DNA of 61,594 nucleotides from a virus (taxonomy: Duplodnaviria; Caudoviricetes). The DNA lies in the IMG/VR virus record IMGVR_UViG_3300021335_001614, positions 1 to 61,594 of that record. One strand, written 5' to 3'. A program made the position numbers and the translations under genes. Below are positions 30,251 through 40,676 of the stretch, piece after piece; positions within the stretch are counted from its first letter, which is position 1, and each line of letters starts with the position of its first letter. Below the pieces are notes generated by a model. It made no database searches, was not told the DNA's origin, and saw only the letters and a program-made list of their open reading frames with translations.

Positions 30251-30901
30251 ATGAAAACAAAACTATGGATTTTTGGTGATAGTTTTGCAGATCCAAACTA
30301 CAATCCTACAAATAATTTTTTAGTTTATCATTATGCATTAGAAAAACATTTTGAAGTACAAAATTATGCAAAAGCAGGATCAGGACCCGAGTGGAGTTTG
30401 CAGACATTTTTACGTTTAGATAGAGAAATGAGCTTTGATGAAAAAAAGAATACAAATATTCTTTTTATAGCAAGTGATTGGACTAGGTTTAATTTTAAAT
30501 TTATTAAAGATCCTACTGAACAAGTCTTTGCTTTACGATCAGCCCTAGGCAGGAAAAAATACCCATTCTGGGCGAAATATAAAAAATATATTAACTTTAT
30601 CGACTGGTTTATAAGATATTATGTTGACTATAATGATACTTTTGCTTTACAAAATATGTTGTTAGTCAAACATTATAGTAGACACTACAATAAATGTATT
30701 TATTGGCCGGTTTTTACTGCCATAGAAAAAGAAGTTAGAGAGTTATATAATTCAAAAAATTTTTATATACCAGATTATATATTAGATACTATACATATTC
30801 CGGAGCCTTTTGGGAAGGGAACTTATCCTAATCACATGTCAAAAGAATCACATGACAAAGTTTATCAACTAGTTATAGATGTATTCAATGAAACTTCCTA
30901 A
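30251..30901 (+). CDS. hypothetical protein (SGNH-like GDSF motif)
   Basis: WIFGDSFA, NYAKAGSG, C-terminal NHMS. Confidence 0.55.
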   Translation: MKTKLWIFGDSFADPNYNPTNNFLVYHYALEKHFEVQNYAKAGSGPEWSLQTFLRLDREMSFDEKKNTNILFIASDWTRFNFKFIKDPTEQVFALRSALGRKKYPFWAKYKKYINFIDWFIRYYVDYNDTFALQNMLLVKHYSRHYNKCIYWPVFTAIEKEVRELYNSKNFYIPDYILDTIHIPEPFGKGTYPNHMSKESHDKVYQLVIDVFNETS

Positions 30902-31379
30902 CTTCTACTCCAGCTCTTTGTAGGAAATCTAATCCAGCATTAAGCCTATATGGTTCTTTAAAATAAACTGTTGATATACCACTTTGATAAATTAATTTCG
31001 CACAGTCTAAACAAGGTTGATGTGTAATAAACATTGTTGCACCATTGCCACTTTCACTACTGCGGGCAAGTTTAGCAAGGGCATTACTTTCCGCATGTAA
31101 TACTTCTGGCCGAGTTTTTAATCTTGTCCAGTTACCTTTTTCAGTTTCAGTGTAGCCCTGTGCAACCATATCATAGCCTTGCGCTTCGTCCTTTGTTACA
31201 AAAATAGTTGCCTCGCAATTGTTGTCCCAACCGCTAGGCATTCCGTTATAACCAATTGAAATAATCCTGTTGTCTTTTACAATAATTGCACCTACTTGCA
31301 GTCGCTTTGCAGTAGATAGTTTGCTAAAACGTTCCGCAACGTCCATAAATGCATGGATAAATTTATCCTTCATCAACAA
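30885..31379 (-). CDS. dCMP deaminase
   Basis: VGAIIVK, GYNG, HAE.NA, PCLDC zinc motif. Confidence 0.92.
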   Translation of the reverse strand: MLMKDKFIHAFMDVAERFSKLSTAKRLQVGAIIVKDNRIISIGYNGMPSGWDNNCEATIFVTKDEAQGYDMVAQGYTETEKGNWTRLKTRPEVLHAESNALAKLARSSESGNGATMFITHQPCLDCAKLIYQSGISTVYFKEPYRLNAGLDFLQRAGVEVRKFH

Positions 31380-32052
31380 AGCTCATGATGTTTGGAAAGA
31401 TTTTTGCAATTACTTCTGCACAAGCATGAGCGATTTCCATGTGCTCTTTTTGTGTACCGTTATCACTTCGAAGGTCAATGTAGTGGATCCAACTTCGAAG
31501 TGTACCGTTCATGTAAAGGCGTGTCTTTGTATTTCCTTCTGGCAGTACAACCCGTGCTTGTTCTTTAGCAATACCGTTTTCAATAGCCCATTCATATGCT
31601 TTTTTAGCAGCCGCGATAACTTCTCGCTGCTTATGTATCCAATGTGCTTCTAATTCCGGGTTGTCTGTTTCAATGCTGTTTTGCCTATTCTTTTCATCTT
31701 GTAATCTAGCTTCGCGAATAACAAACTGATCTCCAAATTCAGCTGGATCTGCATACCGCTGACTAAATTCTTGGAAGCTAAAACTGCGATGGCGTACAAT
31801 TTGATGTGCAATGTCTCTAGTGGTTTCAATTTCTAAACAAGCACTTACCATTTCAAAAGGACTCCAGTGTTTGTGTTTAACCAAATATTTTAATAAACGT
31901 TCACTGGTTTCTGTGTTCATTTGGTTTGTAGGGTTAGACACCCTTGCACAATATGCAATTAAATCTTGTGTATTGTGATGTACGTGGTCTTCGCTTGCAG
32001 CTCGTGTGAAATCTGCAGACGGTTGGGAGTAGCTAACTAATTTTACTTTCAT
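31363..32052 (-). CDS. thyX: flavin-dependent thymidylate synthase
   Basis: [28 protein letters not shown]. Confidence 0.96.
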   Translation of the reverse strand: MKVKLVSYSQPSADFTRAASEDHVHHNTQDLIAYCARVSNPTNQMNTETSERLLKYLVKHKHWSPFEMVSACLEIETTRDIAHQIVRHRSFSFQEFSQRYADPAEFGDQFVIREARLQDEKNRQNSIETDNPELEAHWIHKQREVIAAAKKAYEWAIENGIAKEQARVVLPEGNTKTRLYMNGTLRSWIHYIDLRSDNGTQKEHMEIAHACAEVIAKIFPNIMSFVDEG

Positions 32053-32420
32053 TCATCTTCCTCTGGTTGATCCCCTTTTCCGGGTTTTTCTGAAAAATGT
32101 TCTTCTAACTTGTTTGGGCGATATGCCCATGCTGCTGCATCCGCTGGCACATCTTCTTTACGTTGCACAGTAATATTAGGCCATACTTGCGACCACTTGT
32201 AATTAAAATCTACCCAAAACTGTCGCTTCTCGGGTGAGACTTTCGTGTCAGGCCAAATTGCATCTACAGGGCATTCTGGTTGGCAGACCCCGCAATCAAT
32301 ACATTCGTTTGGGTTAATGACTAAAGTATTTTCGCCTTCGTAAAAGCAGTCTACTGGACACACTTCTACGCAATCCATGTGTTTGCAATTTATACAATTA
32401 TCATCTATTATATAAGTCAT
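32049..32420 (-). CDS. fdxA: ferredoxin, FdxA type
   Basis: [21 protein letters not shown] and [16 protein letters not shown], with the FdxA-type WPNIT tail. Confidence 0.9.
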   Translation of the reverse strand: MTYIIDDNCINCKHMDCVEVCPVDCFYEGENTLVINPNECIDCGVCQPECPVDAIWPDTKVSPEKRQFWVDFNYKWSQVWPNITVQRKEDVPADAAAWAYRPNKLEEHFSEKPGKGDQPEEDE

Positions 32421-33331
32421 AATCTACTCAATTTAATTAGTACAGCCGCAAGATTAATTTCAGGGTCTACAACTAGTGTATGATCTACCAAGCCTTGCTT
32501 GATAATTAATACTGCTGAATCTTGTTTTTCATCATCGCCGAATAATTCTAAATTTTCATATAGCCATCTATAGATATCTTCCATTTCTTCTGGTCGAACG
32601 GTACCGCATAATAATTTTCGTGCATCTTGGATTTTACCCGCTTTAAAAAGTTCTACCATTTCAAGCTTCCAATCAGTTTCTCCCGAATCATTTTCATGTG
32701 GTGCTATCAAGCTTTTATCTTGTACGTTCATCTGCACCATATTTATACACTTGCGTAAGTCTGGATATGTAGCTTTGACATATGTGTCAAGGATATCAAG
32801 ATCTGGTGTCACGTTTTCTGCAATTAAAATTTCTGCTACTCTAGCTGTAAATTCTGTTTGATCTACCCGTGCAATATGAAAGCCTTGACATCTGCTATGG
32901 ATTGCAGGAATAATTTTATTAGGATAATTACACGTTAATATAAATCTAGCAAACTCGTGATATTCTTCCATCACACCACGTAAAGCGGCTTGAGCATTTG
33001 GCGAAAGATAATCAGCTTCATCTAGCAATACAACTTTAAAATCGCCAAAAGGAATCATTTGTACAAAGTTTACAATTTTATCTCTAACATCGTCAACGGA
33101 GTTTGTTCTACTAGCGTTAATTTCAAGGATGTCAAGATCTTCAACTGTCAATTCATTTAGCAGTAATTTTGCTAAAGTTGTCTTGCCTATTCCTGCATTT
33201 CCACTAAAAAGCAAATGTGGGATACTTTGGTCTTTAATCCATTGTTGTATTTGCTTTTTCTGTGCTTCATCTCTAAAAACGTATCCCTCAACAGTTTTAG
33301 GTCTATATTTTTCTACCCAAAGTTCTTTCAT
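32417..33331 (-). CDS. clamp loader ATPase subunit (RFC/gp44-like)
   Basis: [23 protein letters not shown] motif. Confidence 0.93.
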   Translation of the reverse strand: MKELWVEKYRPKTVEGYVFRDEAQKKQIQQWIKDQSIPHLLFSGNAGIGKTTLAKLLLNELTVEDLDILEINASRTNSVDDVRDKIVNFVQMIPFGDFKVVLLDEADYLSPNAQAALRGVMEEYHEFARFILTCNYPNKIIPAIHSRCQGFHIARVDQTEFTARVAEILIAENVTPDLDILDTYVKATYPDLRKCINMVQMNVQDKSLIAPHENDSGETDWKLEMVELFKAGKIQDARKLLCGTVRPEEMEDIYRWLYENLELFGDDEKQDSAVLIIKQGLVDHTLVVDPEINLAAVLIKLSRL

Positions 33332-33606
33332 TTAATTAATTCACTCCAAGTTTTAAGTTTATCCTGTTTAATTGACACACGATGCCTAAGCTCTTCCCAG
33401 TTGGTGATTTTGTGTGCTACTAGTAATTCTAGCATACACAATACATCGCCTGCTTCCTCTACAAATTTTTGTCTTTGCTCTTCTTCTATTTCCTCTATTG
33501 TAGCATACTTTCGTATAATCTTGCTACATCTTTGTGTAAGTTCTCCGCATTCTTCTGCGGTTATAATCATTAATTGCTGTAGGGTGTTTATAGGGCTAGG
33601 TTGCAC
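33328..33606 (-). CDS. MazG-like nucleotide pyrophosphohydrolase
   Basis: EECGEL...EEAGDV acidic motif. Confidence 0.7.
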   Translation of the reverse strand: MQPSPINTLQQLMIITAEECGELTQRCSKIIRKYATIEEIEEEQRQKFVEEAGDVLCMLELLVAHKITNWEELRHRVSIKQDKLKTWSELIK

Positions 33607-33625
33607 AGTGTCTCCGTATGGTCAT

Positions 33626-33669
33626 AAAAAATCCTACTATAATAATAGCATACTATAGTAGGATGTCAA
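33626..33669 (-). promoter_or_regulatory. sigma70-like promoter overlapping an 11-bp inverted repeat with T-tract
   Basis: TTGACA-16 nt-TATTAT with TG extension; ATCCTACTATA...TATAGTAGGAT followed by TTTTT. Confidence 0.6.
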
Positions 33670-33677
33670 TGGTTAAA

Positions 33678-34376
33678 TTATTCTCTAGTGCCAATAAGGT
33701 GTAAGATCATTTGGAAAAGGTTGATGAAATTAAGGTACAAGTTAAGTGCAAATTGAACACCGTATTTAGGATCTCCAGTGGCATGATAGATCTCCTTTGC
33801 TTGCTGACTATCATAAGCTGTCAGGCCTGTAAAGATAATTATACCTAATATACTTATTACAAACGAAATCATCGGACTACCAAAAAACAAATTTATTAAA
33901 CCAGCTATTAGTATGCCAATCAGGCCAACAATTAAAAAGCTACCCCAACTGGTTAGATCTCTTTTTGTAAAATAACCATAAGCACTTGCAGCACCAAATG
34001 TTAAGGCTGTTGCTAAGAATGCTTCTACAATACTGGTGCTAGAAAATACAGCAAAAACACTGCTCATTCCAATACCCATGACTATTACAAAACTGTAATA
34101 AAATTTGGTTATAGCAGAAACATCCCAATCCTGTCCTTTAAAACTGTAATACAGTATCATGCCGAGCGGAGCTAGCATTGTAATCCAAAGCATAATACCG
34201 CTTAGGAATATGTTAATAAGACCGGTAGCATACACCATATAAGATGTAAAACCACTAACAGCTAATCCTGCGGCTGTATGATTATACATTGTAGTCATAA
34301 ACTGCTGTAATCCAGCATCGTCTGTTTGTCTAATAGAATTAACGTTAGATTGAAATAGAGTGTTCATAACAATCAT
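33678..34376 (-). CDS. Bax inhibitor-1/YccA family membrane protein
   Basis: About 7 TM segments; TKRDL, TAYDSQ, ALNLYLNFINLF. Confidence 0.9.
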   Translation of the reverse strand: MIVMNTLFQSNVNSIRQTDDAGLQQFMTTMYNHTAAGLAVSGFTSYMVYATGLINIFLSGIMLWITMLAPLGMILYYSFKGQDWDVSAITKFYYSFVIVMGIGMSSVFAVFSSTSIVEAFLATALTFGAASAYGYFTKRDLTSWGSFLIVGLIGILIAGLINLFFGSPMISFVISILGIIIFTGLTAYDSQQAKEIYHATGDPKYGVQFALNLYLNFINLFQMILHLIGTRE

Positions 34377-34379
34377 TCC

Positions 34380-34694
34380 TTAAAAATTGTTTTTGTAAGC
34401 GTCAAAGAAAATTGCTGTCGTACAATTATCTGTTGAGTTATCAGTACTGTTATCTGTAGCAGTAGCACAGGCAGTTGCTGTAGCAGTTGCTGTAGCCGTT
34501 AATGTGCTGTTATCAACGAAAGTAATATTATCGGTATCAGTTGAGTTAATATTATTAGTGTTAGTGTTATTAACATTTATGATAATGTCTGGTGTTTTTG
34601 TGACGTCTTGTCCTTTACTATCGTCTATCATAGGCTCGGTGCAACCAATTGCACCTGCTAATAGTAAAATACTTAATCCTGTGAAGTAATACAT
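34380..34694 (-). CDS. putative lipoprotein with low-complexity Thr/Asn/Asp repeats
   Basis: Signal peptide with AIGC lipobox; TATATATA and DNST repeats; AGGAG RBS. Confidence 0.6.
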   Translation of the reverse strand: MYYFTGLSILLLAGAIGCTEPMIDDSKGQDVTKTPDIIINVNNTNTNNINSTDTDNITFVDNSTLTATATATATACATATDNSTDNSTDNCTTAIFFDAYKNNF

Positions 34695-34703
34695 ATCGTC
34701 TCC

Positions 34704-35114
34704 TTATAAATCGCCTTCTTTACGGTTTTCGCTGTAGTATACATCGAACTCACCGTCTGGATATCTTGCTTTAAGCTTATTTACATTTTCTTCAATCACT
34801 GAATTCGGGTCAAGCCCAATTGCACGAACACTATTAATCCAATACCAAAGTATATCACCAAGTTCTCGTTTGATATGGAACCTAGTATCCTGGTCAAGTG
34901 GCTTGCCTTGGAATACGCATTTTTTAACAATTTCTGCAAATTCTCCTCCTTCCGATGAGAGTCCAATAGCACCTGTTAAAAGTAGTGCCATATTTACGTT
35001 AGTTTCAGTTTCAATTTTCTTTAATCGTTTTGTCATAGCATTTGTATCGTTACTTTCTGCTGACGTAACTGCTGATACAAATTCTTTGTATTTGTTTAAA
35101 TCAATTTGACTCAT
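34704..35114 (-). CDS. MazG-like NTP pyrophosphohydrolase
   Basis: EGGEFAEIVKK...ELGDILWY...NVNKLKARYP. Confidence 0.88.
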   Translation of the reverse strand: MSQIDLNKYKEFVSAVTSAESNDTNAMTKRLKKIETETNVNMALLLTGAIGLSSEGGEFAEIVKKCVFQGKPLDQDTRFHIKRELGDILWYWINSVRAIGLDPNSVIEENVNKLKARYPDGEFDVYYSENRKEGDL

Positions 35115-35455
35115 TCTACACCTGTAATAACATCTGCCGGTTTTTCTTCGCTTGCCATAAGGATGTCTTTATTATCAACCATCCTTACAGTAATTTCGCC
35201 TGTGTCTGTTTCTAATTTAATACCGTGAGTCCAACGTCCGTGATCAACTAACACCCAATCACCAACTTCGTAGTCTTCTTTATTTGTAGGTCCCTTGGCC
35301 CATACACGACCCCATCTAGGATGTATGCCGTGTGTTTTTCCGTCGTCGTCACGTAAGATTATTCCTGTAGCCGTAACTTGTTCTCCAAAATGCATTTCAC
35401 TAACAAGCACTTTATCTTTAATTGGTTTTAAGTTGCCTTTTACTGTATTGTACAT
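35111..35455 (-). CDS. GroES-like co-chaperonin
   Basis: LKPIKDKVLV...TATGIIL...VGDWVLV. Confidence 0.8.
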   Translation of the reverse strand: MYNTVKGNLKPIKDKVLVSEMHFGEQVTATGIILRDDDGKTHGIHPRWGRVWAKGPTNKEDYEVGDWVLVDHGRWTHGIKLETDTGEITVRMVDNKDILMASEEKPADVITGVE

Positions 35456-35462
35456 ATATCCT

Positions 35463-35708
35463 TTAATAATCGATTATAGGGTCGTAAACACGATCTTCTT
35501 CGTGATTTTTATTATAAAAGTTGATTTCAAAAATTTTAAATCCCAGTAAGTAAAAGGACCAATAAAATCCTTTATGTGATCCTTTTAATCTAATATCCAT
35601 TGTGTAATTAAGTATTGCAAACCAACCTAAAGAAATAAAAGATTTAAAAAAATCTAATTCAACTAGCCAATTTTTTGTTATATAGAAAACAAAAAATCTA
35701 CGCATCAA
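35463..35708 (-). CDS. hypothetical protein
   Basis: Aromatic-rich ORF in a co-oriented run. Confidence 0.5.
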   Translation of the reverse strand: MMRRFFVFYITKNWLVELDFFKSFISLGWFAILNYTMDIRLKGSHKGFYWSFYLLGFKIFEINFYNKNHEEDRVYDPIIDY

Positions 35709-36058
35709 GCTTCCTTAGGTAAAAAATTTCCGTCTTCATCTTCTATCCACTCTTCTTGCACTTTTACTTGTTTCTTTTTAGAAGGTTTAGTAGATGTAGT
35801 GTCTTGTACCTTGACAGTATTTCTACTTGTTATCATTTGTTCATCTGGCATTCTCTGTGATGAATTATAATAATCTTTTAGTATTTCTTCTCTTTTTCTT
35901 ATAATTTTACCTCCAGGGCCAAGCTCATCTCCTCTAGCGTTTACACGCATGTTTCCAACAGCAGGTGTTAGCTCGTTTTTTTGCCTAAGTAAATCCATAT
36001 CAATTTGTTTTCCTTGTAAGGTTTTATACGTTGTTCTACCTTTATCGCGCATTGGCAT
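35705..36058 (-). CDS. hypothetical protein
   Basis: AVGNMRVNARGDELGPGG; AGGAG RBS. Confidence 0.7.
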   Translation of the reverse strand: MPMRDKGRTTYKTLQGKQIDMDLLRQKNELTPAVGNMRVNARGDELGPGGKIIRKREEILKDYYNSSQRMPDEQMITSRNTVKVQDTTSTKPSKKKQVKVQEEWIEDEDGNFLPKEA

Positions 36059-36068
36059 GATACACTCC

Positions 36069-36587
36069 TTATCTTAAAAATTCTTGCCAGTTCAAATTAT
36101 ATTTAATTGGGTTAATTCTATTTATACCTATTAAGTATAAGACAAAACTAGATACACTCGAGCCTCTACCTACACCCCAAACAATATTATTTTGTCGTAG
36201 TGTATCTACAAGATAAATCATAAAAGCTAATATAGGAAAAAGATTTTTTTGTTTATAGCATTCAAGTTCTTCCAAAGCTCGATCTTGTTCTTCTTTGTTT
36301 GTACACTTATCTAAAATAAATTTATCTATATCAATATTTTGATACTCTACAGGGATTAAGTAATTGCTTTGAAATATGCTATCAAGTTCAGCTTTATTTA
36401 TATTTTGAGATTTGTAAATATTTAATTTTTTATAATTAAATAGATGTGCATGTTTGTTGAATTTTATTGTATCTTCGTTTTTTTCAACAAAGACGTGATG
36501 CAAGCTATTTTCTTTGCCTTGATATAACAAATCAAATTGATTAGCGTTATTTAATACTGCTAATCCTAAAGAATCAGTTTTAACCAT
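36069..36587 (-). CDS. DnaE (Pol III alpha) palm-fragment-like protein
   Basis: R..EEL...YLVD.LR.NNIVWGVGRGSSVSSFVLYLIGI..INPIKYNL...FLR. Confidence 0.75.
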   Translation of the reverse strand: MVKTDSLGLAVLNNANQFDLLYQGKENSLHHVFVEKNEDTIKFNKHAHLFNYKKLNIYKSQNINKAELDSIFQSNYLIPVEYQNIDIDKFILDKCTNKEEQDRALEELECYKQKNLFPILAFMIYLVDTLRQNNIVWGVGRGSSVSSFVLYLIGINRINPIKYNLNWQEFLR

Positions 36588-36596
36588 ATTGATAGT

Positions 36597-36812
36597 TTAC
36601 ACTACTTTGATTAAGTTGTCAACATCATTATTATTTGTATTATCCCTTTTTCTTCTATCAGCTTCCCATTTTATATCGTCAACAATTAACGCAATTTGTG
36701 CTTGCACAGCAGGATTATTTGTCATCCAATATTTTTTTGTTAAATCCTGCAATTGTTCATATAGTTCTTTATCGCTTAAACTTTGTAAATTGTTTACTAA
36801 TGGATGAGACAT
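36597..36812 (-). CDS. hypothetical protein
   Basis: TAATG coupling to the upstream gene. Confidence 0.65.
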   Translation of the reverse strand: MSHPLVNNLQSLSDKELYEQLQDLTKKYWMTNNPAVQAQIALIVDDIKWEADRRKRDNTNNNDVDNLIKVV

Positions 36813-37366
36813 TAAATAAACTCACCTAAGTATTGAGCAAAAACAGTTGATCCTCCGTCACTAGTCCAGAAATCAAAAATCTTTGGGTTAGTGCTAGATT
36901 CTATTGTAAACGCAATAGGAAAGCCTGTAATAGCTTTAATATTGTTTCCTTGCGTAGATGCCCAAGATAGATTGTGCGCCCCTTGGTCATTTCCATAAAC
37001 TTCAACTCGTAATTTAGCATATCTACCACTCACAGGCCAATTAGACAATGTTAAAGTTAAATCATCTGTAGCAGTTATAGTTTGATGCTGCCCATAAGAC
37101 CAGTTGATATTAACAGAAGTAGCTGTTGCTTGTGATATTGTTTTTTCTGTAGAATTAAATAGGACAGCTTGTTGGATTTCGTTATTGTTGAAATCATTGT
37201 CAAGATTTAATTTTGCAGTATTTTCTTCTAAACTTGTTATCTCTGATTTTGCAGTTGCTAATGAATTTTTTATAATGTTAAAATTATCTCTAAATCCCTG
37301 GCTATCGTTGTCTTGCCCAGCAATAGGAAAATTTTCATCTATATCAATTGATATAATATTTGACAT
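36812..37366 (-). CDS. virion structural protein (tail-associated)
   Basis: FPIAGQDNDSQGFRDNF plus coiled coil and beta domain; within the structural module. Confidence 0.55.
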   Translation of the reverse strand: MSNIISIDIDENFPIAGQDNDSQGFRDNFNIIKNSLATAKSEITSLEENTAKLNLDNDFNNNEIQQAVLFNSTEKTISQATATSVNINWSYGQHQTITATDDLTLTLSNWPVSGRYAKLRVEVYGNDQGAHNLSWASTQGNNIKAITGFPIAFTIESSTNPKIFDFWTSDGGSTVFAQYLGEFI

Positions 37367-37395
37367 TTTTATTTCTCCGTTTTATTTATTCAGTG

Positions 37396-39921
37396 TTATA
37401 CGTTATGAGCATAATTATGGAAAACTAAATATTGCTCGTTTGAATTACCTTCTGTAGAATCTACGATGTATCTATCTACATCAATATTGAAATTTTGGAA
37501 GGAAACTCTAGCTCTATTCAGCGCAGTTAAAATTTCTTTACTAGTATTTGGTTTACAAAAACACAATGGTATTGCTGGTTTATAACCTAAAAAATTAATA
37601 TTATTTTCTTGTGCAGTACGCATCCATAATGGTAAAAATTCAATCTCAGTTTCACCTACATTTTTTATATTATTCCTAACATGAGTTAAATTAGAAATAT
37701 ATTTTTTATTTTTTTGTGCGCCATCAATTGTTATCCCATCAAAATCTACTTTCATAGTATTATCAGGAACTGGTCTAAACCTAAAAGGTTCATTAGGTCC
37801 TTCTAATAAATTACCAACTAATTTTCTGTCATTTATTACTAAAGGATTAATATCAATGTAAATTTCTTCACCATTCCGTCTATCAATTACAAAATATGGG
37901 TTAAAATAATGTTCCACATCTCCATATTCGTTTGTGCCTATTACTATGCCCATTGGTTTTGCATTTTCTACACTATAAGGATCTAAATTATACAAACTTT
38001 GATCTACAGTCATTTTGTTTGGATTATCTATGTTAATATATTTTTTAGTTTCATCTATTCCGTTTTGATCTGGATCTATAACTTCTACATATACTACTTC
38101 GTATACAATTGTATTTGTTCCTGGTTTTTTTGCTACTGCAGTTTTGATTTGTCCTAGCTTATACTTTTTCCTTTTATTATTTTTTGATATGGCAGACACA
38201 TAGTGACCTGCAGCTTTAGTTTCAATTCCTGCATAAATTAGCATTTGTATTTTCTTTTGTATACCAAAACTTGGATCATTAGGTCTATAAATAAATTCAT
38301 CACTAAAATAATCTTTGTTACTAATTAAATCATTATATGCAATTCGTTGATTCTCTTTCAATAATGGTCTTGCATAGATGTTGCTATAAAGTTTATCATC
38401 AGGATCTGTTATTTTTATACTAAATGTTTTCTCGATAGCACTATATCCATAATGATCTCTGGCTTTTGCGATAAAAGTATATGAGCGGTCAATGGTAGTA
38501 ACATTTTGATCAAATTTTGTGTTGCTGCTATCAAACGTTGTAACACCTGGTGTTTCAGCACTACCAAAACTATTAATTTTGCCTATTATTTCTCCGTCAT
38601 AGCTTAGTCTGAGTCCAGGGGGAAGCTTACCTGATACTAAATTATAAATTAAAATACTATTAGGTACATTCGTTGTTGCTTGTAAATTCAAAGTGCTTTT
38701 GTAATTTGTATTAATTGTGCCTAAGTTGCCAGGTGTAGACCAGGTCATTGTACTATCTATTTCGCCTAGCATTTTTACAGTAAATGTTTTATCTTTATCT
38801 GTTTCTTCTGTTGTATTTGGTACTCTGCGTAATGCTCTTATTGTAAATTTGTATTCTTTTGTAACTGCTTGTTGATAAGGAACACGGCCTGCTATCTCTC
38901 CATTCGATTCATCTAGTGTTAATCCTAATGGTAAAGTACTTGGACTTCCGTCATCATTTGTATTTTCTAAAGAATAAGTTATTATACCTGTTAGTGTATC
39001 TAAATCTAAAACATCTAAAAATAAAGTTACGAAATTATTTGCTCTCCTATACCCAAAGTTACGAGGAGTTAGCCAAATTGGTGTTCTTATGTGAGTGTTA
39101 TCCGCGGTAAACACTCCGTTGGCAATTTTCATTATAGTATTATCAGCTCGTAGGAAATCGTCACCTACAACGTAAATTTGAAATTGCCTTTTCACAATCT
39201 CTATTCCGTCTGTAACACTTACTTTAAAGTCATAGAATCTATTTAATTTTTTTGGACTTTGGGTAGGAACAAAAGTGTCATAAATGATAGTGTCATAAAA
39301 AAAACTGTCAAATCCATTGTCTGAAACACTACCACCGAAATCAAATGGATAGCTCCCATACAAGTTGCTATCATAGGCACCGTTACCTCCTTCTGCTGCA
39401 ATAGCAAGAATAGGTTCGACAATACCTACAAGTCTTCCGTCTGCAGTTAATTTGATTCCAGGCGGTAATTCTCCGTCACCTGGTTGGATATAATATTCTA
39501 AATCATCTCCTGCAATAGTATCTGGATCGATTGCAATAAGTTGAAAATCAATAACAGCACTATCTAAAATAAAATATTTGTCATTTGAACCTACAGGCAA
39601 ATTACCTTCTGGAGTAACCCAAACAGGATCATCAGGGCCTTTCACTATAATTTTGTAAGTTCTGTCATCTATATGACCATACTGTTCTGCTCTTATTACA
39701 AATGAATAAACAGTATCAATTTCTACCTCATAAGGTGTACCTAGTATTTGATAGTTTTCTAATCTCATGCCTCGTGGCAAGTTTCCGGTTAATATCGATA
39801 ATTTTAAATTATTATCTTGTAACGGAATAAACTGTAATTTGATTGGTAGATCTAAACTCGTTGTTTTTCTTTCTTCAAGCTCTGCAAGTATAGTATCGGA
39901 AGGTTTAGTCCAAAAATTCAT
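37396..39921 (-). CDS. virion/baseplate protein with putative Ig-like repeats
   Basis: Repeated G.LP.G..L...G.I.G motifs; TATAAATA upstream. Confidence 0.65.
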   Translation of the reverse strand: MNFWTKPSDTILAELEERKTTSLDLPIKLQFIPLQDNNLKLSILTGNLPRGMRLENYQILGTPYEVEIDTVYSFVIRAEQYGHIDDRTYKIIVKGPDDPVWVTPEGNLPVGSNDKYFILDSAVIDFQLIAIDPDTIAGDDLEYYIQPGDGELPPGIKLTADGRLVGIVEPILAIAAEGGNGAYDSNLYGSYPFDFGGSVSDNGFDSFFYDTIIYDTFVPTQSPKKLNRFYDFKVSVTDGIEIVKRQFQIYVVGDDFLRADNTIMKIANGVFTADNTHIRTPIWLTPRNFGYRRANNFVTLFLDVLDLDTLTGIITYSLENTNDDGSPSTLPLGLTLDESNGEIAGRVPYQQAVTKEYKFTIRALRRVPNTTEETDKDKTFTVKMLGEIDSTMTWSTPGNLGTINTNYKSTLNLQATTNVPNSILIYNLVSGKLPPGLRLSYDGEIIGKINSFGSAETPGVTTFDSSNTKFDQNVTTIDRSYTFIAKARDHYGYSAIEKTFSIKITDPDDKLYSNIYARPLLKENQRIAYNDLISNKDYFSDEFIYRPNDPSFGIQKKIQMLIYAGIETKAAGHYVSAISKNNKRKKYKLGQIKTAVAKKPGTNTIVYEVVYVEVIDPDQNGIDETKKYINIDNPNKMTVDQSLYNLDPYSVENAKPMGIVIGTNEYGDVEHYFNPYFVIDRRNGEEIYIDINPLVINDRKLVGNLLEGPNEPFRFRPVPDNTMKVDFDGITIDGAQKNKKYISNLTHVRNNIKNVGETEIEFLPLWMRTAQENNINFLGYKPAIPLCFCKPNTSKEILTALNRARVSFQNFNIDVDRYIVDSTEGNSNEQYLVFHNYAHNV

Positions 39922-39938
39922 TATAACTCCTTACTACA

Positions 39939-39946
39939 TATTTATA
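39939..39946 (-). promoter_or_regulatory. T4-type late promoter TATAAATA
   Basis: Exact TATAAATA about 18 nt upstream of the ATG at 39921. Confidence 0.65.
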
Positions 39947-39950
39947 GGAA

Positions 39951-40667
39951 TTATATTATAGTACCTTCATCTAACACGATAGCATAAGGTGCAATAAACG
40001 ATCCAAAATCAATATCTGTTGTTAGATAAATGTAATCTATTATGTTATTAAGACTAAATATGAAACCGCCAAAATCAAATTCTAAAATAGCGTCACTAAG
40101 TGTCCTCATGTCAATATTGTAGACTGTTCCGTTTAGGTTACCTATAAAAGTATTAGATGTAATACTGTTAATATCGGTAATATTGTTATTATTACCAATT
40201 AAAGTTCCGCCTAGGTGAGGATCTTGATCAAGTGCTAATAAACCATCCCCTTTAACATTAATTTTTAAAAACGACTCTCCGTCCTGAACATCGACTGTAG
40301 TACCTATATTTACACCGCCAAATACATTTAAAAGTTGTTGCCCACCTGGTAAAATAATACTTCCGGATTCACTTAGGACTATAATTTGTTCAAGTCCAGA
40401 ATCAGCTGTAAATGTAATACTATCGCCGTGTTCAGTTAACAGTATATTGTTTCCCTGGATCAGTGTTTTAAATTGTAAAATATTACCTAATTTTTCTTTA
40501 AATATAGGTTTGCCTAAGCCAATATTTTCTCCCGTGACTTCTATAGTATTTTCTAGTAATGATTGCATTTCATCAAAGTTATCATTAACTTTGATGAAAG
40601 CTTCTCTTAAATCATCACCTGTACCGTCATTTGCTAAGTATCCGATATTAATTTTCTTAATTGCCAT
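39951..40667 (-). CDS. baseplate/tail-fibre connector protein (gp9/gp10-like N-terminus)
   Basis: INIG..ANDGTGDDLR.AF.KVN.NF motif. Confidence 0.7.
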   Translation of the reverse strand: MAIKKINIGYLANDGTGDDLREAFIKVNDNFDEMQSLLENTIEVTGENIGLGKPIFKEKLGNILQFKTLIQGNNILLTEHGDSITFTADSGLEQIIVLSESGSIILPGGQQLLNVFGGVNIGTTVDVQDGESFLKINVKGDGLLALDQDPHLGGTLIGNNNNITDINSITSNTFIGNLNGTVYNIDMRTLSDAILEFDFGGFIFSLNNIIDYIYLTTDIDFGSFIAPYAIVLDEGTII

Positions 40668-40676
40668 TCTTTATCC

